Of a DNA stretch of 64,000 nt, positions 13,860 to 26,186 are shown piece by piece. Made by a program: the position numbers and the translations under genes. The stretch's first letter is position 1. Every line of letters starts with the position of its first letter. The notes beneath the pieces are model-generated. The model searched no databases and had not been told where the DNA came from. It was given only the letters and a program-made list of their open reading frames with translations. This DNA is from Octopus bimaculoides (lineage: Eukaryota). The DNA lies in NCBI RefSeq assembly GCF_001194135.2, contig NC_068996.1, forward strand, positions 20,865,279-20,929,278, given 5' to 3'.

Positions 13860-14733
13860 NNNNNNNNNNNNNNNNNNNNNNNNNNNNNNNNNNNNNNNNN
13901 NNNNNNNNNNNNNNNNNNNNNNNNNNNNNNNNNNNNNNNNNNNNNNNNNNNNNNNNNNNNNNNNNNNNNNNNNNNNNNNNNNNNNNNNNNNNNNNNNNNN
14001 NNNNNNNNNNNNNNNNNNNNNNNNNNNNNNNNNNNNNNNNNNNNNNNNNNNNNNNNNNNNNNNNNNNNNNNNNNNNNNNNNNNNNNNNNNNNNNNNNNNN
14101 NNNNNNNNNNNNNNNNNNNNNNNNNNNNNNNNNNNNNNNNNNNNNNNNNNNNNNNNNNNNNNNNNNNNNNNNNNNNNNNNNNNNNNNNNNNNNNNNNNNN
14201 NNNNNNNNNNNNNNNNNNNNNNNNNNNNNNNNNNNNNNNNNNNNNNNNNNNNNNNNNNNNNNNNNNNNNNNNNNNNNNNNNNNNNNNNNNNNNNNNNNNN
14301 NNNNNNNNNNNNNNNNNNNNNNNNNNNNNNNNNNNNNNNNNNNNNNNNNNNNNNNNNNNNNNNNNNNNNNNNNNNNNNNNNNNNNNNNNNNNNNNNNNNN
14401 NNNNNNNNNNNNNNNNNNNNNNNNNNNNNNNNNNNNNNNNNNNNNNNNNNNNNNNNNNNNNNNNNNNNNNNNNNNNNNNNNNNNNNNNNNNNNNNNNNNN
14501 NNNNNNNNNNNNNNNNNNNNNNNNNNNNNNNNNNNNNNNNNNNNNNNNNNNNNNNNNNNNNNNNNNNNNNNNNNNNNNNNNNNNNNNNNNNNNNNNNNNN
14601 NNNNNNNNNNNNNNNNNNNNNNNNNNNNNNNNNNNNNNNNNNNNNNNNNNNNNNNNNNNNNNNNNNNNNNNNNNNNNNNNNNNNNNNNNNNNNNNNNNNN
14701 NNNNNNNNNNNNNNNNNNNNNNNNNNNNNNNNN
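13860..14733. other. Assembly gap; other gaps at 22466-22979, 23890-23940, 25568-25936, 27423-28151, 35690-35699, 42411-42610, 44186-44706, 60457-60664, 61402-61422
   Basis: Runs of N, many bordered by (AT)n. Confidence 0.99.
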
Positions 14734-14773
<40 letters not shown>

Positions 14774-15661
14774 TGGAAGCCCGGAACTGGACAATGTTTA
14801 CATTGATTTGGTTAGTATCCTAGTTGTGTGTGTGTTTATACATGTGTTTGTGTGTATGTAAATTGTTTACTCCAGCTGATAAGCATATTGAAGGGTGGCT
14901 CATGTGTGAGTAAAATTCTTGAAAGCTCAATTGCTTTCTGCTGTTTTATTTACTGTTTGTTGAATACAATTTCTTGGTATTGCTGTGACCTCCCTGTCTC
15001 TATGCATTCATCCATGAATTCTGGAGAAGCTTCAATTTGTGAGCTGCTTTTTTTCTCCCACTTACCTATCTGTTTAATTACTTTGGTAAAAAAAATTCTT
15101 GTATATCATTAGCTTATATTTTTATATATTTTCTTGTTTTATTTTTACTTTATCTCTATTTTTTCTTTCTCCTTGTTATCTATTCTAAATTGAAGATGGT
15201 TAATTCCTTATTTTCTATCGAGCACTTCTACTTGTTTGATATAAGGGTGTTTATATGTGAAGAAAATTTTTTATATTAATAGCAACACAATATATCTTGA
15301 CGAGAATGCTTACCATAATTTCTTGCATACTGAAATTAATTCTACATGAAGGAAGTTGTAAAATGGTTGTAATCCTACGGAAATCACTTGATTAAATAAA
15401 TATGTATTCAACACTTGGTTAATAAATATGTATTCAACACTCAAATCTCTTGCTCACACAATAATTTTATTGCTCAGATTTTCTGGATTTTCAGTTACTT
15501 GGATACTTAATAATACACTACTTTGTAACTAATTACTGTGTGGACTAATTACTGCAAGAGGAGCATTCTGTGATAGCCACATGATTCTCTGAATTCACAT
15601 CTTATACTACTCATTTAACTGGTAGCATCTGACCTTACCAGCTCCAGTCAAACTGTCTAAC

Positions 15662-16011
15662 CAGGGGTTCTCAACCATTTTTTTATCTATGGACTCCTTT
15701 GATTACTATTTTATTCTGGTGGACCCCATAGTCTTTCAATGTTTAAGAATTAGTTTTATAGAAACTTCTTTCAAAATTCCTTTTTGTTTCTCACATATTA
15801 ACTTGTGTAGATTGAACTACGTAAAATGCTAGAGAAAGAAACCTAGCTTTTTTTTTTGCAATACATACCAATACAAACATTTAAAGCAAAATTTTTTCAG
15901 GGACCCTTAAAATACTATTGTGGATCCTTGATTTTCTATTTTGTTGCATGAACCCCCAAAAATCTTATATGGGCCCTCAAGGACCATATGGACCCTGTAT
16001 GAGAATCACTG
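15662..16011. mobile_element. hAT (Charlie-like) MITE inserted in an RTE-UTR copy
   Basis: Termini CAGGGGTTCTCA / TGAGAATCACTG and subterminal ggaccc motifs. Both flanks are RTE-tail sequence. A related copy lies at 41026-41326. Confidence 0.7.
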
Positions 16012-19000
16012 GTTTGGCCCATTCCGGTATGGAAAACAAACGTTTAAATGATGATCAAGAAAAGTGATGATATATCATCACCACAAATGGTTGAACATCC
16101 ACTTTTCCATTCTCACATGGGCTAGATAATTTTCTATGGCTAGATGTCTTTCCTGTCACTAACCTTTACCTGCTTCCAAGCAAGGTAATTTTGTTCCTAT
16201 TATCAGACATCATGTCATGCCAAGACAAAGAAATAGTAACACATGCACAGATACATATTACATATATATATATATACACACATACATAAGATGGACTTGT
16301 TCCAGTTTCCTGCTACCAAATATACTCACAAGGCTTTGGTCAGTCTGGATCTGTAGCAAAAAACACTTGCCCAAAACCATGTGGTTTAGAGGCAAGCTTC
16401 TCACCATACAATCACACCTGCATATAGCCATGCCTAAGTCTAACCATATCTATGGTTGTTATTCGATGTTTAAGGTGTGGCAGTCATTCAAAACTTAGAA
16501 AACTCCACCGCTACCCACTAACTTCCACTCAGTGGATTGTGATATGCTGATACACATCTGGGAGGAATTCTCATATCACACTGATGTTGCCCATGCTGCA
16601 GGTAGTGGTCACACTGAACACTTGTAAGACAGGAAATAAAAATTGATTGGGAGTAAATACTTGTGACTTAGCTGGAGTTTTCTATTGCTTTTCCTTATTA
16701 AAATATTGCATAATGAAATCAGTTCATTCTTTTTGAATAACCCTCTACATTACTCAATATATATTGGTAGAGTTGTACAACATCAACCTCACATGCCTAA
16801 GTTTCTGGGGGGTTTTTGGAAGAAAATTTCTTTACAAACATTTAAACATTTCATTTTTATTGTTTTTAATTTTCAGCCAGTCTGGTTACAGTGGAAACAT
16901 GTTGCTGTGAGGAAGAGACATCCACTACCATTTTTAGTTACACTAATAGCATGGTATATCGTCATCATTATTTTAATGCCTATTTTTTCCGTGCTTGCAT
17001 GGGTCAAATGTAAAAGTAAAGATGAGGAGTACAGGGTATAAAAGAAGCAGATAAGGCAGATCTTCTTTAGTTCTTGTTGTATCTCTATCAGCTCCTATTT
17101 CACTATGCTGTCTTATTAACTCTTAGGATATCTCATTTAACGTGTTTACATTAATCGCCCCCCCCCCATCACTTCTTCCTTTTCAATAACATTCATAAAT
17201 TGTCTCCCTTGCATGAATGACATTTTTTAAAATACTTAAACGTCTCTGGGAAGAGCCCAATCAAGATGAGAGTTCCAGGGGGTTGCAATTACAATGAAGA
17301 AAATATAGAGTGAAGTCTAAAGATATGGGAAGATGAGATAACATAAAGATGATGAGACAAGAAAAATGAAGTATGTTAGATGGTATAAGTGAAGTTTATA
17401 ACTGAGAGGTGCAGGAATCGTAGAAACATGTTTTTAAAATAAGCAACAACATTTTTGCATTTCCATGATTTCAGGTTCTGGAAATGAATTAGAATTTATT
17501 TTAGGCAAAAAGAGCTTTGCCATTAGATAAAACCAATCACAAATTACAGTTTTCTGCTAAAAATGTAGTACCCACAAAACAGAAAAAAAACTGGGTTTAA
17601 GTGTATTAAATGGATCTAGAATCTAAGAATAAAAACAACAATTTCCTAAGACAAAAAAAAAAAAAAAACCATGAGAGGTTGTATTGGCACAAAAACCTTG
17701 TGAACAATATCATTATAAATTCATACAATTTTTATTATTGTTATAACACCAGCACTAACATAATCAATACTGAAGACTAACTTGTCGTGTTTTAAAAACA
17801 AAATAAAATCAGTCTTCATTACTCTGAAGCCCTAGGGAAACAAATTTTGAGAATTCACCCAAATGTAAACTCAAACTCAGCAAAAAGTGTTAGTCACAGC
17901 TAGTAAAGTACCTTAGAGTAAAAACAGATATAAATGAGAAAAAGGCATTGAAGGGATGATGCATACCCTGCATGCACACAAGGATAAAATAACATTTAAT
18001 CTAATAAATATATTCACAGCTGAATTCTCAGAATGACTTCATGAGCTATTTCTCCTGCTTATCGTTTATGCATATGTTACAAAGAATAAGAAAAAACATT
18101 TAGATTCACTTGTCCACCAGTTTTGAAGATAATCAAACCAAAATTTAATGAGTTTGAGACACTCACCCAATGAGTATTTCTGCCATAACTAGTGAAAACC
18201 TGTTCAGCTGTTTTCCAGTAATTTTGAAAACACACAGACAAAGATAAGCGACTACAATACCCTGCTTTCAGTTACATGCGCAGGGTAAAGATGTAGAGCA
18301 GTATATATATTTAAATCTGTGAGTATGGAAGTTATCACATGGTCATATTACCTTAAAGAAATAATGCAGTTTTATCCAATTGGTTATTATCATATGCCAA
18401 GATTTTGCTCAGGTAAATATCCTTAATGATACCCAAACAGAGGCTATCCATCAATATACTAATTTACTCACTGATATGCTAAGTTCTCTCTCTGTCTTCT
18501 TTGTTGTTTCTATGACAGTTCCTGCTTCTCTCAGTTAGAGACTTAACTTCACTTACACCCACCCAATACATGCTTCTTTTTTCTTGTCCCATCATCCTTA
18601 TGATATCTCATTTTCCCAAACATTTAGATCTTGTTCAATCCTTCCTCTTCAGAACTGCAATCCTTTGAAACTCTCACCCTGACTGTGTTCTTCATTGAGA
18701 TATTTAAGTTGAATTTTAATCATATAAAGCTGGCCAGATTGCAAAAGACCAGTAAAGGTGAAGGGTACTGCTTCTCTTCTTTGGATAAAATTAAAAAAGA
18801 GATGCATGAACACATGCACACACATCCTGAATTTAAGTATCAGCCCCTGTGGCAGATAAATTCATGGGGTTGCAATGTGACCATTCTTTATTTCGTTGTC
18901 TTCTTCACCATGGTGTTGGTACCAAATAAAGTATGACAACTACTAATGTTTCAGATACAAATCTCTGACATGTATGAATAGTAGAGCACAAAAGCTTATT

Positions 19001-19035
19001 AGAAGAAAGAAAGAAAGGAAAAAAAAATAACTTAC

Positions 19036-19136
19036 AGAACATCCTTCAACTTTCTCAAGAAGGAAAGCTAAATTTCTTCGACTATCTTCTTCGGGATTTT
19101 CTTGTTCCTTTTCTTCTTTTGCTTCATCAACAATAG
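19036..19136 (-). CDS. EXOC8: EXOC8 coding exon 4 (101 nt, phase 1-0): (A)IVDEAKEEKEQENPEEDSRRNLAFLLEKVEGCS
   Basis: Acceptor ttcttttcttccag and donor gtaagt. Matches human RTLTTLLEKVEGC. Confidence 0.95.
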
Positions 19137-21069
19137 CTGGAAGAAAAGAAATAGTCAAAAATTATATTAGTAAAGGAACAGAAATGTATTTCAAGTTTAG
19201 CAAAATCTTTCAAAGAATTATAGAAATAGTTCCAAACCGGCCTTAAAAAATGGTCCAGAGAACAAACACCTAATATCAGTAACACAAGATCAAATTTCTT
19301 GTTGGTGAGCATGGTTCCAAGGAAACAGTCTTGCTCAATATTACAGACACAAAGCAGGTAGGCACTCAAAGCTGTAGTCAATGTAAAACCTTGATTCACA
19401 AAATTACAGTGGGATAGTAGCAAATTGACAAAGAACCAGAACTTTAAACATAATACATGTACAAAAGTATCTAGTAGTAAGGGCTCCTAAGAAAAAAAAG
19501 TCTCATGAACAATTCAAAGCTCAACAGATATGGTTTCTGTGAGCTAATTAATACATTCAGGCAATCTAATTAGATGAAGGTGGAAGTAATGTGAAAATAG
19601 CTGCTACAGTAAGGAAGTGTTGGTAGGGAGATGTCTCTGTCAGCAACAAAACAATTCTCTCTCGATACTAAAATCTGAATGTAAGCAGTAGGTATAAGAA
19701 GAGTGATGCTTGTGATAAAGTTGAAAATAAATAAGGTAAATATGATTGGCTGGATGTGCAATATTAATGTGTATGGAAGGCAGAGTAGAAGTGAACTTAG
19801 AGAGTGTATAAATAAAGTTATAGAATAATGTATAAGTATAATGAGTTTTGTGTGTTATTGGTGTAATGTACCGTTGGTAGAGAGAGACATGGGTAGAAGT
19901 GGTGAGGTCAGTTATTAGAGTATTGTTTTACAAATCACAGGTCTTGTTAGTGTCAGTTCTTATGCTCAATTTATACAACATTCTCCTAGATGGAACACTA
20001 ATATATTACACTAACTTCACTCCAAAAAGACTACCATTTATTCTGTAGCTAAATTAATAGAGACAAATAAAATTACTTCTAAAGATAATAACATACAACT
20101 GCAATAGGATATGAACTTATAACTTAAGAATTTGTTGTTTGGAACCTTATCTTCTACAATGAACAGCAATTAGCAGTTTCATTTTCCTGAATTAGACTTA
20201 TCATTCTGACATGACATTATTATTGGGTTCCTCCGGAGGAACTCAAGAGTAACATCACCCAACAAGATGTATAGCTCAGAGACTAGGGAGTTTCTCCAGG
20301 ACAAGCTGGTATTTTTCCACATTAAGAGGTCACAGTTCTGGCATTATGGATATGTAATAAGAATGTTGCAGGAAGAGTTATAACATGGATTCTTCAAGCT
20401 GAGCCTACTGACAGGTGACCTAGGGGTGGACTAAGAACAAGGTGGATGGGATAATATCCATAGTCTCGGTTGATCACACATCGGAATCCAACAAGTGTAA
20501 TAACAGTTGCTTCTGACAGGACTCTATAGAGGTGCCACCTGAGGACACTACTCCACATGGCTCTCCTAAGAATATTGGGTGGAGAAGATGGATATATGAA
20601 TAAAACTAAAGGAAAAAGGGAAGAACTAAGTGTTGGAGTAACACAACATGACAGAACTGAGTTATTTCTTCGATGTTCTAATTTCAGATTCCTGAATAAA
20701 ATGAGGATGATTTAAGAGATAATACTTTTCTTATCAATTCTTATATCATGGGTTGAATTCATAATTCTGGTTTGAATCCCTAATATTTTATTTCTTTATT
20801 TCTAACCACTGTTTTACATCAATTTTTCCCAGTGTCAAGAAAGATGTTTTATAAACATTTCAAATTTTTGTTTGATAATTCAGATTTGCCAAATTGACAT
20901 TCTTAAACATCAAGAAATCTGTCAAAACAATGCTGAAGAACTTTGATGGGCTTTATATTCCAGAAAAGAATCCATATCAATATTTCAGAATAAACCTAAC
21001 AATGTAAGCTTCAAAATTTTATAGGAGTTGTTTACATTGTAATTGTTAGAGATACAAAATAACATCGCA

Positions 21070-21110
<41 letters not shown>

Positions 21111-21157
21111 GCACACACACGTGCACACACACACGCACACATATATATACATACATA

Positions 21158-21400
21158 CAGAGGTTGGACAAAATAATGGAAACACCTTAAAATTTCAAAC
21201 AAATTTATTTTGATATGGGGTAGGACCGCCTTTGGCAGTAATTACAGCTTGAATTCTATGAGGTATGGTCTTGTACAAAGTTTGAATTGCTTCCAAAGGA
21301 ATTTTTGTCCCTTCTTCAGCTAAAACAGTCTCCAGTTCTGGTAGTGATGATGGTGGAAGATATCGACTCCTTACTTGTTTTTCTGAAATGCACCATAAAT
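21158..21400 (-). mobile_element. Tc1-family transposon 3' end (TIR plus transposase C-terminus)
   Basis: TA|CAGAGGTTGGACAAAATAATGGAAACACC terminus. The minus strand encodes LWCISEKQVRSRYLPPSSLPELETVLAEEGTKIPLEAIQTLYKTIPHRIQAVITAKGGPTPY. Confidence 0.85.
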
Positions 21401-22437
21401 CATCATCATCATCATCATTGTTTAACGTCCGCTTTCCATGCTAGCATGGGTTGGACGATTTGACTGAGGACTGGTGAAACCAGATGGCTACACCAGGCTC
21501 CAATCTGATTTGGCAGAGTTTCTACAGCTGGATGTCCTTCCTAATGCCAACCACTCATAGAGTGTAGTGGGTGCTTTTACGTGCCACTGGCACGAAGGCC
21601 AGTCAGGGGGTACTGGCAACGGCCACACTCAAAATGGTGTATTTTATGTACCACCTGCACAAGAGCCAGTCCAGGGGCACTGGCAACGATCTCGCTCGAA
21701 AGTCCTTACACATGCCGCGGGCACAAGTTGCCCCAATAAGTCTTCGCAAGCTGAGTTTCATGTCCAATAAAGGAGACGACGTTGGCATGGGTGCCAGTCA
21801 TCAAATTTAACTCGATTTCGATTTCACTTGCCTCAACAGGTCTTCGCAAGTGGAGTTTAGTGTCCAATGAAGGAAGGTACGCATAAGTGGACTGGCAAAG
21901 GCCTTAAATTTTGGTCTCACTTGGCCTGTGAAGTTGGACATCTTATCTGGCCACCACAGTCCCCAGATCTCAATATTATTGAACATTATGGCCTCAGCCA
22001 GTCCACTTATGCGTACCTTCCTTCATTGGACACTAAACTCCACTTGCGAAGACCTGTTGAGGCAAGTGAAATCGAAATCGAGTTAAATTTGATGACTGTC
22101 ACCCATGTCAACGTCGTCTCCCTCATTGGACACGAAACTCAGCTTGCGAAGACTTATTGGGGCAAGCGAAAGCGAAATCAGGATGGCACCTGTGCCCGCA
22201 GCATGTGTAAGGACGTTCGAGCGAGATCGTTGCCAGTGCCCCTGGACTGGCTCTTGTGCGGGTGGCACATAAAAGCACCTACTGCACTCTCGTTAGGAAG
22301 GGCATCCAGCTGTAGAAACTCTGCCAAATCAGATTGGAGCTTGGTGTAGCCTTCTGGCTCCACCAGTCCTCAGTCAAATCGTCCAACCCATGCTAGCATG
22401 GAAAGCGGACGTTAAACGATGATGATGATGATGATGA
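21401..22437. repeat. Head-to-head inverted pair of RTE-3'UTR copies (21401-21896 minus, about 21992-22437 plus) enclosing a Tc1 transposase fragment
   Basis: Both arms end outward in (CAT)n/(ATG)n tails. The inner 102 bp are exact reverse complements. The spacer encodes GHLIWPPQSPDLNIIEH on +. Confidence 0.9.
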
Positions 22438-23483
22438 TATATATATACATATAAATATATATATANNNNNNNNNNNNNNNNNNNNNNNNNNNNNNNNNNN
22501 NNNNNNNNNNNNNNNNNNNNNNNNNNNNNNNNNNNNNNNNNNNNNNNNNNNNNNNNNNNNNNNNNNNNNNNNNNNNNNNNNNNNNNNNNNNNNNNNNNNN
22601 NNNNNNNNNNNNNNNNNNNNNNNNNNNNNNNNNNNNNNNNNNNNNNNNNNNNNNNNNNNNNNNNNNNNNNNNNNNNNNNNNNNNNNNNNNNNNNNNNNNN
22701 NNNNNNNNNNNNNNNNNNNNNNNNNNNNNNNNNNNNNNNNNNNNNNNNNNNNNNNNNNNNNNNNNNNNNNNNNNNNNNNNNNNNNNNNNNNNNNNNNNNN
22801 NNNNNNNNNNNNNNNNNNNNNNNNNNNNNNNNNNNNNNNNNNNNNNNNNNNNNNNNNNNNNNNNNNNNNNNNNNNNNNNNNNNNNNNNNNNNNNNNNNNN
22901 NNNNNNNNNNNNNNNNNNNNNNNNNNNNNNNNNNNNNNNNNNNNNNNNNNNNNNNNNNNNNNNNNNNNNNNNNNNNNNNATATACATATATATATATACA
23001 TATATATATATAAATATATATACACATATACATGTATGTATTCGTTTATATATATATAAAGGGCATTACTACAGAATAATGCCACATACTAGACTGCCCA
23101 AATAAACACATTTTAGTACCGAATGCGAGGAAAACAACCTTTGATAGAAATCAACATTTAAAAAAAAATAAACTCAACTATGTATCGACCGATTTCACGA
23201 TTACCAGAATTAAATCTAGTTTCCGTTCGTCAGCATAGTATAGTATCAACATATACGAATAAACAGAATTCTCACCTTACCAAAGCGAACACGCATGTAT
23301 CCGGCCCAGCAAAAGGAATGATGTTCATCCACATACATCGGTAAAAAAGCGGTAATCTGTACACATACATATATATCCATATATGCATACACATATATAC
23401 GTATATACATATATATACATATATATGTATACATATATATATACATATATACATATACATATATACATATATATATATACATA

Positions 23484-23889
23484 TGATCACCGTCCACTCT
23501 TGACAGAGGAAGACCATTGCCGACCTTCAGGAACATTATGCGCTCTAGGACTAACTTATATTTTGCATTTGCGGCTCCGTTGGTGGCTAATGAGCCCTGC
23601 TCTTGACAAGCAAACACGACTGCAAACATTGCAGACAAAGCTTTCCCCATTCTCTATATGAGCCGTGCGCTTTCGCGCAGCTCGCTTAAGTTCTTCATGC
23701 TGGATACGTGCTCTCTCAAAAGTGTCAATCTCCTCCTTAACCTGCTTCCTCCATCCGTGGCGATGACAGGCATTGTTCTCCCAGTCAGTGTCCTGCATAT
23801 CAGAGGCCTTTAATGAGGAATTGACACAGTCCTTAAATCGCAGCCTTGGTTTCTGCCGGAGTCTCCTTCCATTCACAAGTTCTCCATAT
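23484..23889 (-). mobile_element. RTE (BovB-like) LINE 3' end, copy 1, with C-terminal zinc-finger-like motif
   Basis: YGELVNGRRLRQKPRLRFKDCV...WRKQVKEEI...CNVCSRVCLSRAGLISHQRSRKCKI*, then a short 3'UTR. Confidence 0.85.
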
Positions 23890-24303
23890 NNNNNNNNNNN
23901 NNNNNNNNNNNNNNNNNNNNNNNNNNNNNNNNNNNNNNNNCTGCCTGCTTGTGTCCATGGCTCTAGATGTCCAGTCGTCACCAACTGGTGACTAAGCTGT
24001 TGAGTCGTCACCGACTGGTGACTAAAAAGAAACTTTGCTTGGGGTCTCCTGTCTTTATAGCTATCTAGAAGGTTAGTGAGTACAAAGGATTTAGCTGGCG
24101 GTCTTGTTATCTCTATTCTAGATTTGATGGAGTAGAAAAGGTCAAGTGGTGGAGACACCGCTTCGGCCTAGCTAAAGGCGTCTGGGACATATCTAACTGC
24201 TGTCAGATCAAAACCGTTGTTCCACCGCAGGAAAAGTTCTGACGCAGTGTTAATTCAAATTTGGGTATAGTGGATCGAATCCACTTCACACCTGCAAGAT
24301 TCC

Positions 24304-24334
<31 letters not shown>

Positions 24335-24339
24335 ATGAT

Positions 24340-25424
24340 GGCCATCTACTCGTGACCGAGGAAGACCATTGCCGACCTTCAGGAACATTGTGCGCTCTAG
24401 GACTAACTTATATTTTGCATTTGCGGCTCCGTTGGTGGCTAAATGAGCCCTACTCTTGACAAGCATACACAACTGCAAACATTGCAGATTAAGCTTTCCC
24501 CATTCACTATACGAGCTGTGTGCTTTCGCGCAGCTCGCTCAAGTTCTTCATGCTGGATACGTGCTCTCTCAAAAGTGTCGATCCCCTCCTTAACCTGCTT
24601 CCTCCATCCGTGGAGATGACAGGCATTGTTCTCCCAGTCAGTGTCCTGCATATCACAGGCCTTTAATGAGGACTTGACACAGTCCTTATAGATACAAAGT
24701 GATCCGGACATCCATGTTTGCCAAGTATTTTCCATAGAAAGGCCCTATTTACAGTATCAAAGGCCTTTGTTAAATCAATGAATACCTGGACAAGATCCAT
24801 ATTCTGCTCATAGCACTTGTCCTGCCCCTGTCTTGCTGTGAAAATCATATCCATTGTCCCTCTACCAGATCGGAAGCCACATTGAGATTCAGATAGGACA
24901 TCATTTACGAGACACCCATTCAGACGAGTATAAAGAATATTTGCCAGAACCTCGCTAGCAGTTGATAATAGAGTAATACCTCTGTAGTTACCACACATTG
25001 TTCTGGCTCCTTTTCCTTTATAGAGAGGAAGAATAATTGCATCCTTCCAGTCCTTAGGGATTGCACCATCCCTCCAGACTGCACTAATAAGTTCATGAAG
25101 GGACTATGTGATGTAATTAACACCAATTCGCAAGACCTCAGCACAAATTCCATCCTTTCCAGGTGCCCTACCAAGATTCAATTTACTTATTGATGTCATT
25201 ACTTTATCTATTGAGGGCGAAGAGTCTAAGGAACCAATGATAAATCTTTGTTGCATAGTATCAATCACTGTTTCATCCACAACTGACTCATGGTTTAGGA
25301 GTTCAGAGAAGTGTTCGATCCAGCGACCTGTGATTTCTGTTGATTTAGTAAACAGGGTGGAAGACTCCTTGGAAAGCAAAGGAGCTGATGTGGAGCTCTT
25401 AGGTCCATAAGCTCGCTTAATAAG
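24340..25424 (-). mobile_element. RTE (BovB-like) LINE fragment, copy 2, with a large internal deletion in RT
   Basis: RWIEHFSELLN...GRAPGKDGICAE...CGNYRGITLLS...SESQCGFRSGRGTMDMIF...VFIDLTKAFDTVNR...GCPDHFVSI joined directly to the C-terminal KDCVKSSLK... Confidence 0.9.
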
Positions 25425-25465
25425 ATGATATACATATATACATACATACATACATATATACATAC

Positions 25466-25506
<41 letters not shown>

Positions 25507-26186
25507 CATACATACACATACTTACATACATATATACATACATATACATACATACATACATATATATNNNNNNNNNNNNNNNNNNNNNNNNNNNNNNNNN
25601 NNNNNNNNNNNNNNNNNNNNNNNNNNNNNNNNNNNNNNNNNNNNNNNNNNNNNNNNNNNNNNNNNNNNNNNNNNNNNNNNNNNNNNNNNNNNNNNNNNNN
25701 NNNNNNNNNNNNNNNNNNNNNNNNNNNNNNNNNNNNNNNNNNNNNNNNNNNNNNNNNNNNNNNNNNNNNNNNNNNNNNNNNNNNNNNNNNNNNNNNNNNN
25801 NNNNNNNNNNNNNNNNNNNNNNNNNNNNNNNNNNNNNNNNNNNNNNNNNNNNNNNNNNNNNNNNNNNNNNNNNNNNNNNNNNNNNNNNNNNNNNNNNNNN
25901 NNNNNNNNNNNNNNNNNNNNNNNNNNNNNNNNNNNNCGGGTGGCACATAAAAGACACCATTTCGAGCGTGGCCGTTTTCATGCGGGTGACACGTAAAAGC
26001 ACCCACTACACTCTCTGAGTGGTTGACGTTAGGAAGGGCATCCAGCTGTAGAAACTCTGCCAAATTAGATTGGAGCATGGTGTTGCCATCCGGTTTCATC
26101 AGTCCTCAGTGAAATCGTCCAACCCATGCTAGCATGGAAAGCGGACGTTAAACGATGATGATGATGATGATGATGATGATATATAT

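Noticed and set aside
13769-14794. Long ORFs of 190-390 aa in the track (also at 22.4, 25.1, 27.2, 42.2, 44.1, 60.2 kb)
   Set aside because: They are runs of N translated as X plus microsatellite; no coding information.
18165-18220. Possible extra EXOC8 exon (cag|GTTTTC...TGG|gtgagt on minus)
   Set aside because: Exon 4 (phase 0) already joins exon 5 collinearly with the known protein, and the peptide has no resemblance to it.
22041-22075. Hammerhead ribozyme (CTGTTGA...GAAA)
   Set aside because: The core would need CUGANGA; the essential A6 is U, stems I and III are not evident, and the second unit lacks the motif.
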